Counted from the stretch's first letter, positions 18,042-28,880 are shown. The stretch is 64,000 nucleotides of DNA from Alphaproteobacteria bacterium (GCA_045639065.1 JAZUCK010000016.1:7705-71704), one strand, 5' to 3'. Numbers and translations are program-made. The notes: generated by a model from the sequence alone, not told the origin.

Positions 18042-19148
18042 ATGGGGTTAGAGTTTGAAAAAAAGGATAATATTTTGGTAATATCACCGGTTGGTGATGT
18101 GGTTGGTTATGATGACCAAAGACGTATAAGTGCTCTGTTTAAGTCTCTGAAAAATATTGAAAAAGTAATGTTTGATGCCAAAGATTTGCAAAAATGGGAT
18201 TCATCTTTGGTGGCTGTTTTATTTAGGCTCGCTTTAGTTTGTCAGAAAAACAATATAACAATTGATTGGTCTGAAACGCCGGAAAATCTTAAACAACTTG
18301 TTGAACTTGCACTAAAGGTAGATAGAAAACCGACAGTCGCCAAAGATATAAAAATTCCGTTTTTTGAAGCTGTGGGTGAGTGGGGAATTGAAAAATTTGC
18401 CACATTAAAAAAAGTTGCTTATTTTTTGGCGGATATTTGGGGCTCGGTAAAGCGTTTTATCGCAGGAACTGCCGTTATGCGCAAAATAGACTTTGATTTT
18501 GCATTGGAAGATTGCGGATATAAAGCTGTGGGTATCGTCAGCCTTGTAAGTTTTATGGTCGGGCTTATTTTGGCATTTGTCGGTGCTATTCAGCTTAAGA
18601 TGTTTGGTGCCGAAATTTATATTGCGTCACTGGTTACAATAGGCATGATAAGGATTATGGGCGCAATTATGGCCGGTATTATTATGGCCGGCAGAACAGG
18701 GGCATCTTATGCGGCAACAATCGGTACAATGCAAGTTAATGAAGAAGTTGATGCACTAAAAACCTTGGGTTTTAATGTTAGTGACTTTCTTATTTTGCCA
18801 CGTTTGTTGAGTCTGGTTTTAGTTATGCCGTTTTTGACAATGTTGGCTGATATTATGGGAATTATCGGTGGCGGAACAGTAGCTATTTTTATGCTGGATA
18901 TTGCTCCGCAACAATATGTTAATTTTTCGGTTGAAGCATTTGGTCTAAATAACTTTTTAGTCGGACTTTTTCACGGCCTTGTTTATGGGGTGATTATTTC
19001 GGCCTCAGGCTGTTATTACGGAATCAGTTGCGGTCGAAATGCCGATAGCGTGGGTTTGGCAACGACCAAAGCTGTAGTGTCGTCGATTGTGATTATGATT
19101 GTGGCAACAGGTATTATTACTTGGGTATGTCAAGTTATGGGAATTTAA
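18042..19148 (+). CDS. mlaE: MlaE-family ABC permease with N-terminal STAS (MlaB-like) domain fusion
   Basis: The C-terminal 260 aa match the MlaE permease topology. The N-terminal ~100 aa are STAS-like. mlaF and mlaD follow. Confidence 0.75.
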   Translation: MGLEFEKKDNILVISPVGDVVGYDDQRRISALFKSLKNIEKVMFDAKDLQKWDSSLVAVLFRLALVCQKNNITIDWSETPENLKQLVELALKVDRKPTVAKDIKIPFFEAVGEWGIEKFATLKKVAYFLADIWGSVKRFIAGTAVMRKIDFDFALEDCGYKAVGIVSLVSFMVGLILAFVGAIQLKMFGAEIYIASLVTIGMIRIMGAIMAGIIMAGRTGASYAATIGTMQVNEEVDALKTLGFNVSDFLILPRLLSLVLVMPFLTMLADIMGIIGGGTVAIFMLDIAPQQYVNFSVEAFGLNNFLVGLFHGLVYGVIISASGCYYGISCGRNADSVGLATTKAVVSSIVIMIVATGIITWVCQVMGI

Positions 19149-19151
19149 GAG

Positions 19152-19901
19152 ATGGATAATATCAGTATCAAAGGCGAAAAAATTGAAGTTGCTTACGGAA
19201 GCAACGTTTTGATGCGTGATGTTGATTTTGAAGTAAACAAAGGCGATGTCTTTATCATTATGGGCGGTTCCGGTTGTGGTAAAAGCTCGTTGATGAGGGT
19301 TATGACCGGATTAAAACAGCCCTCAAAAGGCAGGGTGTTGGTTTTGGGTAAAGATTTTTATGCTCAAGATGATGTAAATAAAAAACTTATTATGCAAGAT
19401 TGCGGAATTTTGTATCAGAGCGGTGCGCTGTTTTCGTCGATGACTTTGGCTGAAAATGTGTCCCTTCCGTTGCAGGAATATACCGACTATTCGCCAAAAA
19501 TGATTGATGATTTGGTTGAGCTGAAGTTAGCATTGGTAGGGTTAAAGGGATATGGCGATTTTTATCCGTCGGAGATTAGCGGTGGTATGAAAAAACGCGC
19601 AGGCCTTGCAAGAGCTTTGGCCTTGGATCCAAAAATTTTGTATTTTGATGAGCCATCAGCAGGATTAGATCCTGTAAGCTCAAAATTATTAGATGACTTA
19701 ATTTTGGAAATTAACCAAAGCTTGGGTACAACTATTGTGGTTATTACTCACGAATTAAGTTCGATTTTTGCCATAGGTAATAACTCGATATTTTTAGATG
19801 TTGATATAAAAGGCGTTTCGGCAAGAGGTAATCCGAAAGATTTGTTAAAGAATCCGCCGAACCAAAATGTATATAGATTTTTAAGTGGAGGTAGAGAATA
19901 A
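19152..19901 (+). CDS. mlaF: MlaF-like ABC ATPase
   Basis: Walker A is GGSGCGKSS, the signature is ISGGMKKR and Walker B is ILYFDEPSAGLD. Confidence 0.85.
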   Translation: MDNISIKGEKIEVAYGSNVLMRDVDFEVNKGDVFIIMGGSGCGKSSLMRVMTGLKQPSKGRVLVLGKDFYAQDDVNKKLIMQDCGILYQSGALFSSMTLAENVSLPLQEYTDYSPKMIDDLVELKLALVGLKGYGDFYPSEISGGMKKRAGLARALALDPKILYFDEPSAGLDPVSSKLLDDLILEINQSLGTTIVVITHELSSIFAIGNNSIFLDVDIKGVSARGNPKDLLKNPPNQNVYRFLSGGRE

Positions 19902-20656
19902 TGCCAAGACAACCTAATAAGAGAAAAATCGGAATTTTTATGATTTCTTCTGCAGCTGTGTTGTTGCTGATTTTGGGAGGATTGCTTCAAAACAAGCTTT
20001 TCGGACATAAGGGTAGAGAAGTTGTGATGTTCTTTGAAGAATCGGTTAACGGCTTGAGTGTCGGTTCGGCAGTGGTGTTTAAGGGGGTTAAAATCGGCGA
20101 GGTCAGCCGTATCGAAATTAAGGCCAATCCGGAAGCTTTGACCTTTAGTATTCCAGTTTATGCCAAAATGAGTGCCAAATCGATAAATTCCAATTCTTTT
20201 TTCTCTTCGCAAAAGGCAGTTTTAGATGAACTGGTTAAAAGAGGACTTCGTGCCAGACTTGCTACACACAGCTTTGTTACCGGTCAGTTGATGGTGGAAT
20301 TGGTTATGTTGCCGGAATCGGAAATTAAGCTTCATGATGATGTAGGAGTTTTAGAAATTCCTACAGCCTTGTCGCCTATCGGTGAATTGTCACGCGGTTT
20401 ACAAAAAATTCCTTTGGCTGAGGGGTTTGGAAATTTTACAGAGTTTTTTAAGGGCTTGAACAAAATGATGCCGGAAATAAATGCCATTGTGGCTGATATT
20501 GAAAATATGGTTCAACGAAACAAAGGTGTTACTGTTCAGGTATTGGATAATTTTAATAAAATGACAATCAATGTGGCAAAAGCAGCAAAATCTATGCAAA
20601 ATCTGACTGATTATTTGGAAAGACATCCCGAAGCTTTGATTAAAGGAAAAAAATAG
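19901..20656 (+). CDS. mlaD: MlaD-like MCE-domain substrate-binding protein
   Basis: An N-terminal TM is followed by an MCE domain (VVFKGVKIGEVSRIEI). Its start overlaps the mlaF stop. Confidence 0.75.
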   Translation: MPRQPNKRKIGIFMISSAAVLLLILGGLLQNKLFGHKGREVVMFFEESVNGLSVGSAVVFKGVKIGEVSRIEIKANPEALTFSIPVYAKMSAKSINSNSFFSSQKAVLDELVKRGLRARLATHSFVTGQLMVELVMLPESEIKLHDDVGVLEIPTALSPIGELSRGLQKIPLAEGFGNFTEFFKGLNKMMPEINAIVADIENMVQRNKGVTVQVLDNFNKMTINVAKAAKSMQNLTDYLERHPEALIKGKK

Positions 20657-21229
20657 ATGATGAAAAAAATTGTTTGTGTTCTGAGTGTGTTTTTTATGAT
20701 GGGGTGTTTTGGCGGATATAGCCCCGAAAGTACGTTTTATACATTACAAACTATTGAAAATGTGAAACCTTTGAGTCAAACAAGTGTGTTGATAGGTGTA
20801 GATTTGCCAGAGCTTCCGGAGTATGTTGACAGGCCTCAAATTGTTTCATTTTCATCAGTTAATTCCGAATTGAATATTGATGAAACAAATCGTTGGGGCG
20901 AAGATTTGGATATTATGCTGCAAAGAGTTATGGCTTCGGATTTGCGTGCTTATTTGCCAAAGGCCGGTATAAAACCAAGAACATCGTTGTTGGAAAAATA
21001 CAGATATATTTTAAATGTGTCGATTGCAAAGTTTGATTTAGTTGAAAATACAGCTTATTTTGAAGCTTTGTGGACACTTAAAAGCGGAAATACTTTTAAT
21101 ATAGCTTATAAAGGCAAAACTTCTTTAAGTATGACGGGTAATGACGAATATAGCGGATATGTTAAAGCTATGAGCGAAATGGTTAGTCAAATGTGCAAAC
21201 AAATCGCTCAAAAATTGACCAAAAACTAA
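20657..21229 (+). CDS. ABC-transport auxiliary lipoprotein (PqiC/DUF330-like)
   Basis: A lipobox (FFMMGC) is present and the size is about 190 aa. It sits immediately after mlaD, the typical position. Confidence 0.55.
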   Translation: MMKKIVCVLSVFFMMGCFGGYSPESTFYTLQTIENVKPLSQTSVLIGVDLPELPEYVDRPQIVSFSSVNSELNIDETNRWGEDLDIMLQRVMASDLRAYLPKAGIKPRTSLLEKYRYILNVSIAKFDLVENTAYFEALWTLKSGNTFNIAYKGKTSLSMTGNDEYSGYVKAMSEMVSQMCKQIAQKLTKN

Positions 21230-22575
21230 GAGTGCTCAAGCTGTTTTACAATTTCGTCGGTAACATCTTTGGCATCGCCGTATAACATTATGGTGTTTGG
21301 CGCGTAAAACAACGGGTTGTCTATGCCGGAATAACCGCTGTTTAGTGAGCGCTTTACAAAAAACACGGTTTTGGCTTTTTCGACATCTAATACAGGCATT
21401 TGATAAATCGGAGAAGAAGCGTCGGTTTTGGCTAGTGGGTTAGTAATGTCGTTTGCACCGATTACATAAGCAACGTCGGTAGTTGAAAATTCATTATTTA
21501 TGTCCTCAAGCTCGAATACGTCATTATAATCAATGCCTGCTTCGGCTAAAAGAACATTCATATGACCGGGCATTCGTCCGGCAACAGGGTGAATGGCAAA
21601 TTTAACAGTGACATTATATTTCTTTCTCAATATTTCTGCCATGTTTTTAAGTGAAAATTGCGCTTGGGCAACAGCCATGCCATAACCGGGGACTATGATG
21701 ATTTTTTGTGAGTTTTCCATGATAAAAGCCGCATCAGACGGCGAGCCTGATTTAGCTGTTTTGTCAGTATTCGATAAGTGATTAGTATGGCTTGCGAATG
21801 CTCCTGTCAGTATATTTTTTAAGCTACGGTTCATTGATTGCATCATAACAAAGGCTAAAATTGTACCTCCGAAACCGACTATTGCGCCAATGATTATCAG
21901 AATTATTGACGATAGAGAAAATCCAACACCTACAGTTGCCCATCCGGAAAAAGCATTTAATATTGATATGGCAACCGGCATATCAGCGCCACCGACCGGC
22001 AATAATACTAAAACACCCAAAATCATAGTGATAAAACAAATAAGGATAAAATTTATATTATCAGGTTTTAAGACAAAACTTATTGATAGAATAATAAGGC
22101 TTATCAAAAGTAGGGAATTTAATTTGTTTTGTAATTTGAAATGTAAGGGGTTTGAATTTATAATTCCTTGAAGTTTGGCAAAGGCGATAACCGAACCGGA
22201 AAATGTTATACCACCGATTACAAGCCCTAAGGTGTTCATTATATATTGCGATGACAAATTAAATTGCTCGGCTAAAGAAATGAAAACAGCAGAAAGACCA
22301 CCAAAAGAATTAAATATGGCAATCATTTGCGGGAGAGAAGTCAGCTTTATCTTTTGTCCGGAATAAATACCGGCAAATGCTCCCAATATTATGATGAAAC
22401 TTAAAAGTAATTTGTTTTCAATTTCGGTAAATATGAGGGTTGAAAGTATGGCTAATAATATGCCGATAATTCCGTAAAAATTTCCCTTAAATGCGGTTTT
22501 TGGCGAAGATAGCATTCTGATTGAAATTATCAGCAAAAATGATGCGCCTAAATATAATAAATTCGAAATAAACAT
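21226..22575 (-). CDS. pntB: NAD(P) transhydrogenase subunit beta
   Basis: A multi-TM N-terminus is followed by the C-terminal dIII NADP(H)-binding domain (GYGMAVAQAQ, VIGANDITNP). Confidence 0.85.
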   Translation of the reverse strand: MFISNLLYLGASFLLIISIRMLSSPKTAFKGNFYGIIGILLAILSTLIFTEIENKLLLSFIIILGAFAGIYSGQKIKLTSLPQMIAIFNSFGGLSAVFISLAEQFNLSSQYIMNTLGLVIGGITFSGSVIAFAKLQGIINSNPLHFKLQNKLNSLLLISLIILSISFVLKPDNINFILICFITMILGVLVLLPVGGADMPVAISILNAFSGWATVGVGFSLSSIILIIIGAIVGFGGTILAFVMMQSMNRSLKNILTGAFASHTNHLSNTDKTAKSGSPSDAAFIMENSQKIIIVPGYGMAVAQAQFSLKNMAEILRKKYNVTVKFAIHPVAGRMPGHMNVLLAEAGIDYNDVFELEDINNEFSTTDVAYVIGANDITNPLAKTDASSPIYQMPVLDVEKAKTVFFVKRSLNSGYSGIDNPLFYAPNTIMLYGDAKDVTDEIVKQLEHS

Positions 22576-22862
22576 TATCTCTTTTCCCCTTTTGTCTTGA
22601 ACATATTCAGCATTCGCTGTGAAATTGCAAAACCGCCGAAAATGTTGATTGAGGCCAAGAATACCGCCAAATATGGTAAAATTTGTTCGGTTAGGGATTG
22701 CGTGTTTTTAAGAGAAAGAATTGCTCCGATTATTATAATTCCGGAAATGGCATTGGAAACGCTCATTAAAGGTGAATAAAGAGCGGGGGTTACTCGCCAA
22801 ATTACAAAATAGCCGACAAAGCAGGCAAGCATAAAAATTGTTGCTAATAACCATAAATTCAT
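22575..22862 (-). CDS. pntAB: NAD(P) transhydrogenase subunit alpha part 2 (membrane dII segment)
   Basis: A 95-aa, 3-TM protein lies between pntAA and pntB, the alphaproteobacterial-style split. Confidence 0.75.
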   Translation of the reverse strand: MNLWLLATIFMLACFVGYFVIWRVTPALYSPLMSVSNAISGIIIIGAILSLKNTQSLTEQILPYLAVFLASINIFGGFAISQRMLNMFKTKGEKR

Positions 22863-22874
22863 AAACTTTGCTCC

Positions 22875-23879
22875 TTAAAGATATGTTGCTTTTATTATTT
22901 CGTCTTTTTTATTTAGGATTAGTTTTTGGTCAGGTTTAAGTGCTATATAGTCAATAAAGTTACTTAAATTATTGGCATAAAGTATGCTGGCACTTTGGGG
23001 AATTTGGCTAACTAAATTGCTGTTTGCATAAATTTTACGACCTGAAATATCAATAACCTCACAAGATTTGCTTCCTTCAATATTTCCACCATTTGATATA
23101 GCCATGTCTATCAATACAGATCCTTTTTTCATAGCTTTTACAGCAGATTTTTTTATTAGAATCGGAGCTTTTTTATCAGGGGAGAACGCAGATGATATTA
23201 CGACATCAATTTGTGAGAGTATTTCATTTATGTTATCTACAAAAATTGCACCAAGAGATTGTGCTTGCTCTTTGGTTTCGGAACGAATATCAAAGGCATA
23301 GACTTTTGCTCCGAGCCGTTTGGCCGTGGCGATGGCTTGCAGTCCGGCAACACCGATACCTAAAATTAAAAATTTTATCGGAGCAAGCGTTCCGGCTGAA
23401 GTTATCATCATAGGAATCGAACGGTTCAGTAGTTGTGTTGTTTTTATAACAGCCTGATATCCCGATAAGCTGTCTTGTGATGATAAAATATCAAAACTTT
23501 GGGCTTTTGATATACGAGGAAGTCTTTCAAGAGCAAAACAATTTAATGATTTTGATTTTATTTTTTCTAAGATATCATTGGTAACGGAATTTTGAAAGTT
23601 ACCGATAATTATTGATGAGTTTTTGATGTTTTTTAAGTCATCGGCCGTTATAGGAGATATACGTAGCAAAATATCGCTATTTTGAAGTATTTCTGACGAG
23701 TTTTTTTTGATTTCTGCTCCTGCAGATATGTATTCTTTATCATCAAAATCAGATAAAATACCGGCTTTTGTTTCAATCATTACCTTAAAGCCTTTTGATA
23801 TGTATTTTTTTACATTTTCAGGTGTTATGGAAACTCTGGTTTCGAGCGATGATGTTTCGTTAGTAATGCCAATAATCAT
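22875..23879 (-). CDS. pntAA: NAD(P) transhydrogenase subunit alpha part 1 (dI, NAD(H)-binding)
   Basis: An alanine-dehydrogenase/PNT-like Rossmann domain is present with GVAGLQAI...AKRLGA. Confidence 0.8.
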   Translation of the reverse strand: MIIGITNETSSLETRVSITPENVKKYISKGFKVMIETKAGILSDFDDKEYISAGAEIKKNSSEILQNSDILLRISPITADDLKNIKNSSIIIGNFQNSVTNDILEKIKSKSLNCFALERLPRISKAQSFDILSSQDSLSGYQAVIKTTQLLNRSIPMMITSAGTLAPIKFLILGIGVAGLQAIATAKRLGAKVYAFDIRSETKEQAQSLGAIFVDNINEILSQIDVVISSAFSPDKKAPILIKKSAVKAMKKGSVLIDMAISNGGNIEGSKSCEVIDISGRKIYANSNLVSQIPQSASILYANNLSNFIDYIALKPDQKLILNKKDEIIKATYL

Positions 23880-23967
23880 TTTTATTTCCGGTTATTAACT
23901 AATATAAAACTATATTGAGGATATATTCATCAGATGATGTAATAACAACAGATAAGGCAAAAGTTTT

Positions 23968-24513
23968 ATGCATAAATTATATAATTTGTTTAAGCTGTTT
24001 TTTAAGTTGGGTTTGTTTACCTTTGGCGGTGGGTATGCAATGTTGCCTTTATTAAAGTCTGAAGTAGTTGATAAACGAAAATATTTAAGTGAAGAAGAAC
24101 TACTTGATTTGTATTCTATCGGACAATGTACACCGGGAATTATTGCGGTTAATGTGGCAACTTTTATAGGGTATCAACAAGCCAAGATTAAAGGCGCTAT
24201 ATCGGCCACCTTGGGAATGATTATGCCTTCAATTATAATTATAACCATAGTAGCGTCAATTTTAGAACATTTTATGGATAATCGCTATGTAGTATATGCA
24301 TTTTATGGTATCAGAATATGTGTGGTGGCTCTTATTTTTAATGTGATAATTGAGTTGGCTAAAAAAAATTTGAGAGGCATATATAATGTTTTTATGTTTC
24401 TTGGGGCAATAGGTTTGCTGGTGGGGCTTAATATTTCTGCTGTTTTTTTGGTTTTGATAGCCGGAAGTGTTGCTCTGGGAATTGGTGAATTTAAGAGAAG
24501 ATTTGCAAAATGA
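23968..24513 (+). CDS. chrA: chromate transporter, short-chain ChrA family, first half
   Basis: A CHR-family half-size permease (GGGYAMLPLL) is paired with the second half. Confidence 0.7.
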   Translation: MHKLYNLFKLFFKLGLFTFGGGYAMLPLLKSEVVDKRKYLSEEELLDLYSIGQCTPGIIAVNVATFIGYQQAKIKGAISATLGMIMPSIIIITIVASILEHFMDNRYVVYAFYGIRICVVALIFNVIIELAKKNLRGIYNVFMFLGAIGLLVGLNISAVFLVLIAGSVALGIGEFKRRFAK

Positions 24514-25031
24514 CATATTTTTTATTGATTTTTGAGTTTTTTAAAATCGGTTTGTTGGCTATCGGCGGTGGGTTAGTAACGGTACCTTTTTTGTTTGATT
24601 TGGCTGAAAAATATGATTGGTTTACCAAAACAGAATTAGCCAATATGATTGCTATATCAGAATCGACGCCCGGACCTATAGGGGTTAATATGGCTACTTT
24701 TGCCGGTTTTAGTGCTGAAGGAATATTAGGAGGAATTGTTGCAACAATATCGTTGGTCTTTCCTTCGGTGGTTATTATGATTTTGGTTGCTAAGATGATT
24801 AACAAGTACAGTTGTAATATCAGAGTAAAAGATGTTTTACACGGCATCAGACCGGCTGTATTGGCTTTGATATTATTTGCTGGCCTTGAGTTGGGTAAGA
24901 TAGTGGTTGTTGAAATAAAAGATGTTTTGTTCTTGATAGTTGTTTTTACGATGATGAGAATTTGGAAAAAAAGCCCGATTTATTATTTGTGCTTATCGGC
25001 AATATTGGGAATTTTAATAAAATTGATATAA
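24510..25031 (+). CDS. chrA: chromate transporter, short-chain ChrA family, second half
   Basis: It carries the GGGLVTVPFL motif and overlaps the first half by 4 bp. Confidence 0.7.
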   Translation: MTYFLLIFEFFKIGLLAIGGGLVTVPFLFDLAEKYDWFTKTELANMIAISESTPGPIGVNMATFAGFSAEGILGGIVATISLVFPSVVIMILVAKMINKYSCNIRVKDVLHGIRPAVLALILFAGLELGKIVVVEIKDVLFLIVVFTMMRIWKKSPIYYLCLSAILGILIKLI

Positions 25032-25033
25032 GA

Positions 25034-25062
25034 AAAAAGCCTCTTTGAAAAGAGGCTTTTTG
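25034..25062. terminator. bidirectional terminator (aagcctcttt gaaa agaggctt)
   Basis: A perfect stem with flanking A/T runs lies between convergent chrA and gapR. Confidence 0.7.
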
Positions 25063-25063
25063 A

Positions 25064-25318
25064 TTAAATATCTAGTGCTTTTTTGTATGTATCGAGCAAA
25101 AATTCTTGTTCATCACGATCGGCAGCATTCATTTTGCGAAGTTTTATTACAGCGCGCATAATTTTTACATCAAAGCCTGCTGATTTGGCCTCGGCATAAA
25201 TATCTCTGATGTCACCGGAAAGAGCTTTTTTCTCTTCTTCCAAACGTTCTATTCTTTCAATTAAAGAACGAAGTCTGTCGGCAGCAATACCACCTGTTTG
25301 GGTTGTTTGTTCACTCAT
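25064..25318 (-). CDS. gapR: GapR/DUF2312 (UPF0335) family nucleoid-associated protein
   Basis: 84 aa with the signature LRSLIERIERLEEEKKALSGDIRDIYAEAKSAGFDVKIMRAVIKLRK. This family is largely restricted to Alphaproteobacteria. Confidence 0.8.
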   Translation of the reverse strand: MSEQTTQTGGIAADRLRSLIERIERLEEEKKALSGDIRDIYAEAKSAGFDVKIMRAVIKLRKMNAADRDEQEFLLDTYKKALDI

Positions 25319-25455
25319 AATTATCTCCTCGTTTTTTTATTTTTTTGTATAAGTAGCAAATTATTTTATTATTTACAAGTATAAAAATAACCCCTTATTA
25401 ACTTATTTTATATATGATGAAAAACAAATTATTTATATAAACAAGGATTAAAATT

Positions 25456-26880
25456 ATGCCCATAGAAACTCGTACAAAAATTTTAGCAACAATCGGCCCT
25501 TCAACAGCTACAAAAGCTAAATTGGCGGAATTGATTGACTCAGGTGTTGACGCCTTTAGAATTAACTTTAGTCACGGAACGTATGACGAGCATAAGAATC
25601 GTATCAAAGCTATCAGAAAGTTGGAAAAAGAAAAAAAGAGAGTTATTGCTATTTTGGCCGATATGCAGGGTCCTAAACTTCGTGTAGGTAATTTTAAGGA
25701 AGAAAAAATTTGGCTGGAAGAGGGACAAACATTTACGTTGGATATGAAAAACGAATTGGGCGATGAATCAAGAGTTTGTTTGCCACATAAAGAAATTTTT
25801 GCGGCAATTAAGGTTGGCGACAAGCTGTTGGTAAATGACGGATATATCGTGTTGGAAGTAACCAAAGCGTCTAAAGTGGCAATAGAAACTGTTGTTAAAG
25901 TCGGTGGTTATATTTCCAGCCATAAAGGTGTTAATCTTCCCAATACAAAATTAAGAATATCAGCAATTACCGAAAAAGATAAGAAAGATTTGAAATTTGC
26001 ATTAAGAAACGGTGTGGATTGGATCGGACTTTCATTTGTTCAACGTTGTGAAGATATTATTGAGGTTAAAAAACTTATTAAGGGTAAGGCTAAAATTATT
26101 GCAAAATTGGAAAAGCCTAGTGCTATTGATGATTTGGATAATATTGTAAAAGAAGCTGATGCAATTATGGTAGCCAGAGGTGATTTGGGGGTTGAATGTC
26201 CGTTACCTACTGTTCCTGTTTTGCAAAAAAGAATTATTAAAACTTGTCGAAAATATGCTAAGCCGGTTATTGTTGCTACGCAAATGTTGGAATCGATGAT
26301 TGTAAATCCGACACCGACACGTGCCGAAGTGTCCGATGTGGCAACAGCTGTTTATGATGGGGCTGATACGGTAATGTTATCGGCTGAAACTGCTGCCGGA
26401 AAATATCCTATTGAAGCTGTTAAAATGATGAACAGCATTATTGATAAGGTTGAAACAGATCCGTTGTTCTTTGAATTGATGAACAATTCACGGAGAAAGG
26501 CTTTTGAAGCCGATGAGGCAGATGCAATTACATTTGCGGCTTCGGAATTGGCCGGAGTTTTGAAAAATGTTAAGGCAATTGTGAGTTTTTCATCATCGGG
26601 TTTTACAACATTTTTAACTGCAAAAGAGCGTCCTACGCTACCGATTTTGGCAATGTCTCCTGATATTAATGTGGCCAGACAAATGTCTATTGTTTGGGGG
26701 GTAAGACCATATGTTAACAGAGAAAGTTTTAAGAAGTTTGCCAATGTTGAAAAGTGTGCAATAAAATATGTGAAAAAGTCCGGATTGGCTAAAGCCGGTG
26801 ATCACATCATCATTACGGCAGGTTTTCCTCTTAATATTAAGGGAAGAACAAATCTTTTACACACGATAAAGGTTAAGTAA
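25456..26880 (+). CDS. pyk: pyruvate kinase
   Basis: N-terminal TKILATIGPS plus MVARGDLG motifs; 474 aa. Confidence 0.9.
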   Translation: MPIETRTKILATIGPSTATKAKLAELIDSGVDAFRINFSHGTYDEHKNRIKAIRKLEKEKKRVIAILADMQGPKLRVGNFKEEKIWLEEGQTFTLDMKNELGDESRVCLPHKEIFAAIKVGDKLLVNDGYIVLEVTKASKVAIETVVKVGGYISSHKGVNLPNTKLRISAITEKDKKDLKFALRNGVDWIGLSFVQRCEDIIEVKKLIKGKAKIIAKLEKPSAIDDLDNIVKEADAIMVARGDLGVECPLPTVPVLQKRIIKTCRKYAKPVIVATQMLESMIVNPTPTRAEVSDVATAVYDGADTVMLSAETAAGKYPIEAVKMMNSIIDKVETDPLFFELMNNSRRKAFEADEADAITFAASELAGVLKNVKAIVSFSSSGFTTFLTAKERPTLPILAMSPDINVARQMSIVWGVRPYVNRESFKKFANVEKCAIKYVKKSGLAKAGDHIIITAGFPLNIKGRTNLLHTIKVK

Positions 26881-26900
26881 GTAGTTTTGGAGAATTTGAT

Positions 26901-28094
26901 ATGCCAAGAGTGTTTGTTTTGATGATGGATTCATTTGGAATCGGCGGGGCTTCTGATGCTAAAGATTTCGGCGATGAGGGGGCAGATACTTTTGGTCATA
27001 TTGCTGATAACTATCCTAATTTACGAATACCGAATTTGGTTAAGCTCGGTTTGGTAAAAGCATCTAATATGGCGACGGGGCTTAACAGAGTGCTTTCGGA
27101 CAAAGGGGCAATAATCAATTTAGAAGCAAAGTACGGAAACTGCAGAGAAGTCAGTCTTGCCAAAGATACATCATCAGGACATTGGGAGTTGGCCGGTGTT
27201 GCGGTAAGGTCACCTTGGGGATATTTTAAACCTGAATATCCGTCTTTTCCTAAAGAGCTTATTGATAAAATTTGTCAAAGAGCCGGTTTGAACGGAATTT
27301 TGGGTAATAAGGCGGCTTCGGGTACAGTAATTATTGAAGAACTTGGTGAAGAGCATATAAGAACCGGAATGCCGATTTGTTATACTTCGGCCGATAGTTG
27401 TTTTCAAATTGCGGCAAGTGAAAAGTATTTCGGATTGGACAGGCTTTATGACGTTTGTCAAATTGCTTTTGAAGAGTTAAAACCTTATAATATCGGACGT
27501 GTAATTGCCAGACCATTTGAAGGAGAGAAAAAAGGCGAGTTTGTCAGAACAAAAAATCGTCATGATTATTCGGTTAAACCTCCTAAAAAAACGTTGCTTG
27601 ATATAGTAAAAGAAAGTGGTAAAGACGTTATTGCAATAGGTAAAATTAGCGATATTTATGCCGGATGTGGTATAAGTAAAAAGGTTTTGGCTTCGGGTTT
27701 GGAAGAACTTTGGGAAAAAACTTTGAGCGAAGGTAAAACGGCTGAGGATAATAGCTTGATTTTTACCAATTTTGTGGATTTTGATATGCTTTATGGTCAT
27801 AGGCGCAATTTGGAAGGGTATGCCAAAGCACTGGAATATTTTGATGAGAGGTTGCCGGAAATTGTTAATGTAATGCGTGAAGATGATGTGGCGTTTGTTG
27901 TGGCAGATCATGGAAATGACCCGACAGCTAAAGGAACTGATCATACTAGAGAGCAAATACCGGTATTGATGTTTGGTAAAAATATAAAAGAAAAATATGT
28001 GGGAACGAGAGACACGTTTGCTGATGTAGGGCAAACCGTGGCTGAGATATTAGGACTAAAACTTGATGAAGGAAAGTCTTTTTTGAAGGATTAG
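26901..28094 (+). CDS. deoB: phosphopentomutase
   Basis: It starts MPRVFVLMMDSFGIGG and has the alkaline-phosphatase-like metal site ADHGND. Confidence 0.85.
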   Translation: MPRVFVLMMDSFGIGGASDAKDFGDEGADTFGHIADNYPNLRIPNLVKLGLVKASNMATGLNRVLSDKGAIINLEAKYGNCREVSLAKDTSSGHWELAGVAVRSPWGYFKPEYPSFPKELIDKICQRAGLNGILGNKAASGTVIIEELGEEHIRTGMPICYTSADSCFQIAASEKYFGLDRLYDVCQIAFEELKPYNIGRVIARPFEGEKKGEFVRTKNRHDYSVKPPKKTLLDIVKESGKDVIAIGKISDIYAGCGISKKVLASGLEELWEKTLSEGKTAEDNSLIFTNFVDFDMLYGHRRNLEGYAKALEYFDERLPEIVNVMREDDVAFVVADHGNDPTAKGTDHTREQIPVLMFGKNIKEKYVGTRDTFADVGQTVAEILGLKLDEGKSFLKD

Positions 28095-28100
28095 AGTAAA

Positions 28101-28862
28101 ATGACTTGGCAAGCAAATAATTTGGATAAAGATAAACATTGTTTTTTTGGAAGCAGTGGTGGTTTTTCTAAAGGAAAATATGCTAAACTTAATGCCAATA
28201 CTAAAAGCTATGACGATAAAGAATCTCTGATGAAAAATTTGCAAACAATTGCCGAAAGAGTTGGTTTGGAAAAAGAAAATTTGGTATTGCTTAATCAAGG
28301 TGTAAGTAATGTGGCTGTATATGTTGATGAGGCCAGTTGGGATAGTGTTGTGGCTGACGGTACGGTTACTGCAAAAAAAGGTATAGGCCTGTGTATCAGA
28401 ACAGCTGATTGTGCCCCCGTATTGTTTGAGGATAGAAAAAACGGAGTTGTTGGAGCTGCTCATGCCGGTTGGCGCGGTGCTTTTAAGGGTATTATGGAAA
28501 ATGTAATTGCCTTAATGATTGAAAATGGTGCCGAATTGAAAAACATAAGGGCGGCAATAGGTCCTTGTGTTATGCAAAAATCGTATGAAGTTGATGCAAA
28601 TTTTTATAATCAGTTTTTAGAACAACATCAAAGCAATAAACAATATTTTATTGAAGGCAAGCGAGAGGGGTACTATTACTTCGATTTGCCAAATTATTGC
28701 TTAGACAGGTTAAAGAAAGCAGGAATTGAAAATATTGAAGTGGCTTATTTGGATACCTATGCCCTGGAAGATGAATATTTCAGCTTTAGGCGATTTACTC
28801 ATCAGGGATTGGTTAGTGAGCCGAGAGATTTTCCAAACCAAGTTTCGGTTATTACATTATAA
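28101..28862 (+). CDS. pgeF: peptidoglycan editing factor PgeF / YfiH laccase-domain protein (DUF152)
   Basis: It carries the HAGWRG motif and a conserved Cys/His pattern. 253 aa. Confidence 0.75.
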   Translation: MTWQANNLDKDKHCFFGSSGGFSKGKYAKLNANTKSYDDKESLMKNLQTIAERVGLEKENLVLLNQGVSNVAVYVDEASWDSVVADGTVTAKKGIGLCIRTADCAPVLFEDRKNGVVGAAHAGWRGAFKGIMENVIALMIENGAELKNIRAAIGPCVMQKSYEVDANFYNQFLEQHQSNKQYFIEGKREGYYYFDLPNYCLDRLKKAGIENIEVAYLDTYALEDEYFSFRRFTHQGLVSEPRDFPNQVSVITL

Positions 28863-28880
28863 AATAAGGACTTTTAGACA

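Noticed and set aside
21890-22366. Plus-strand ORFs of 93 and 63 aa
   Set aside because: They are antisense to pntB and have no independent support.
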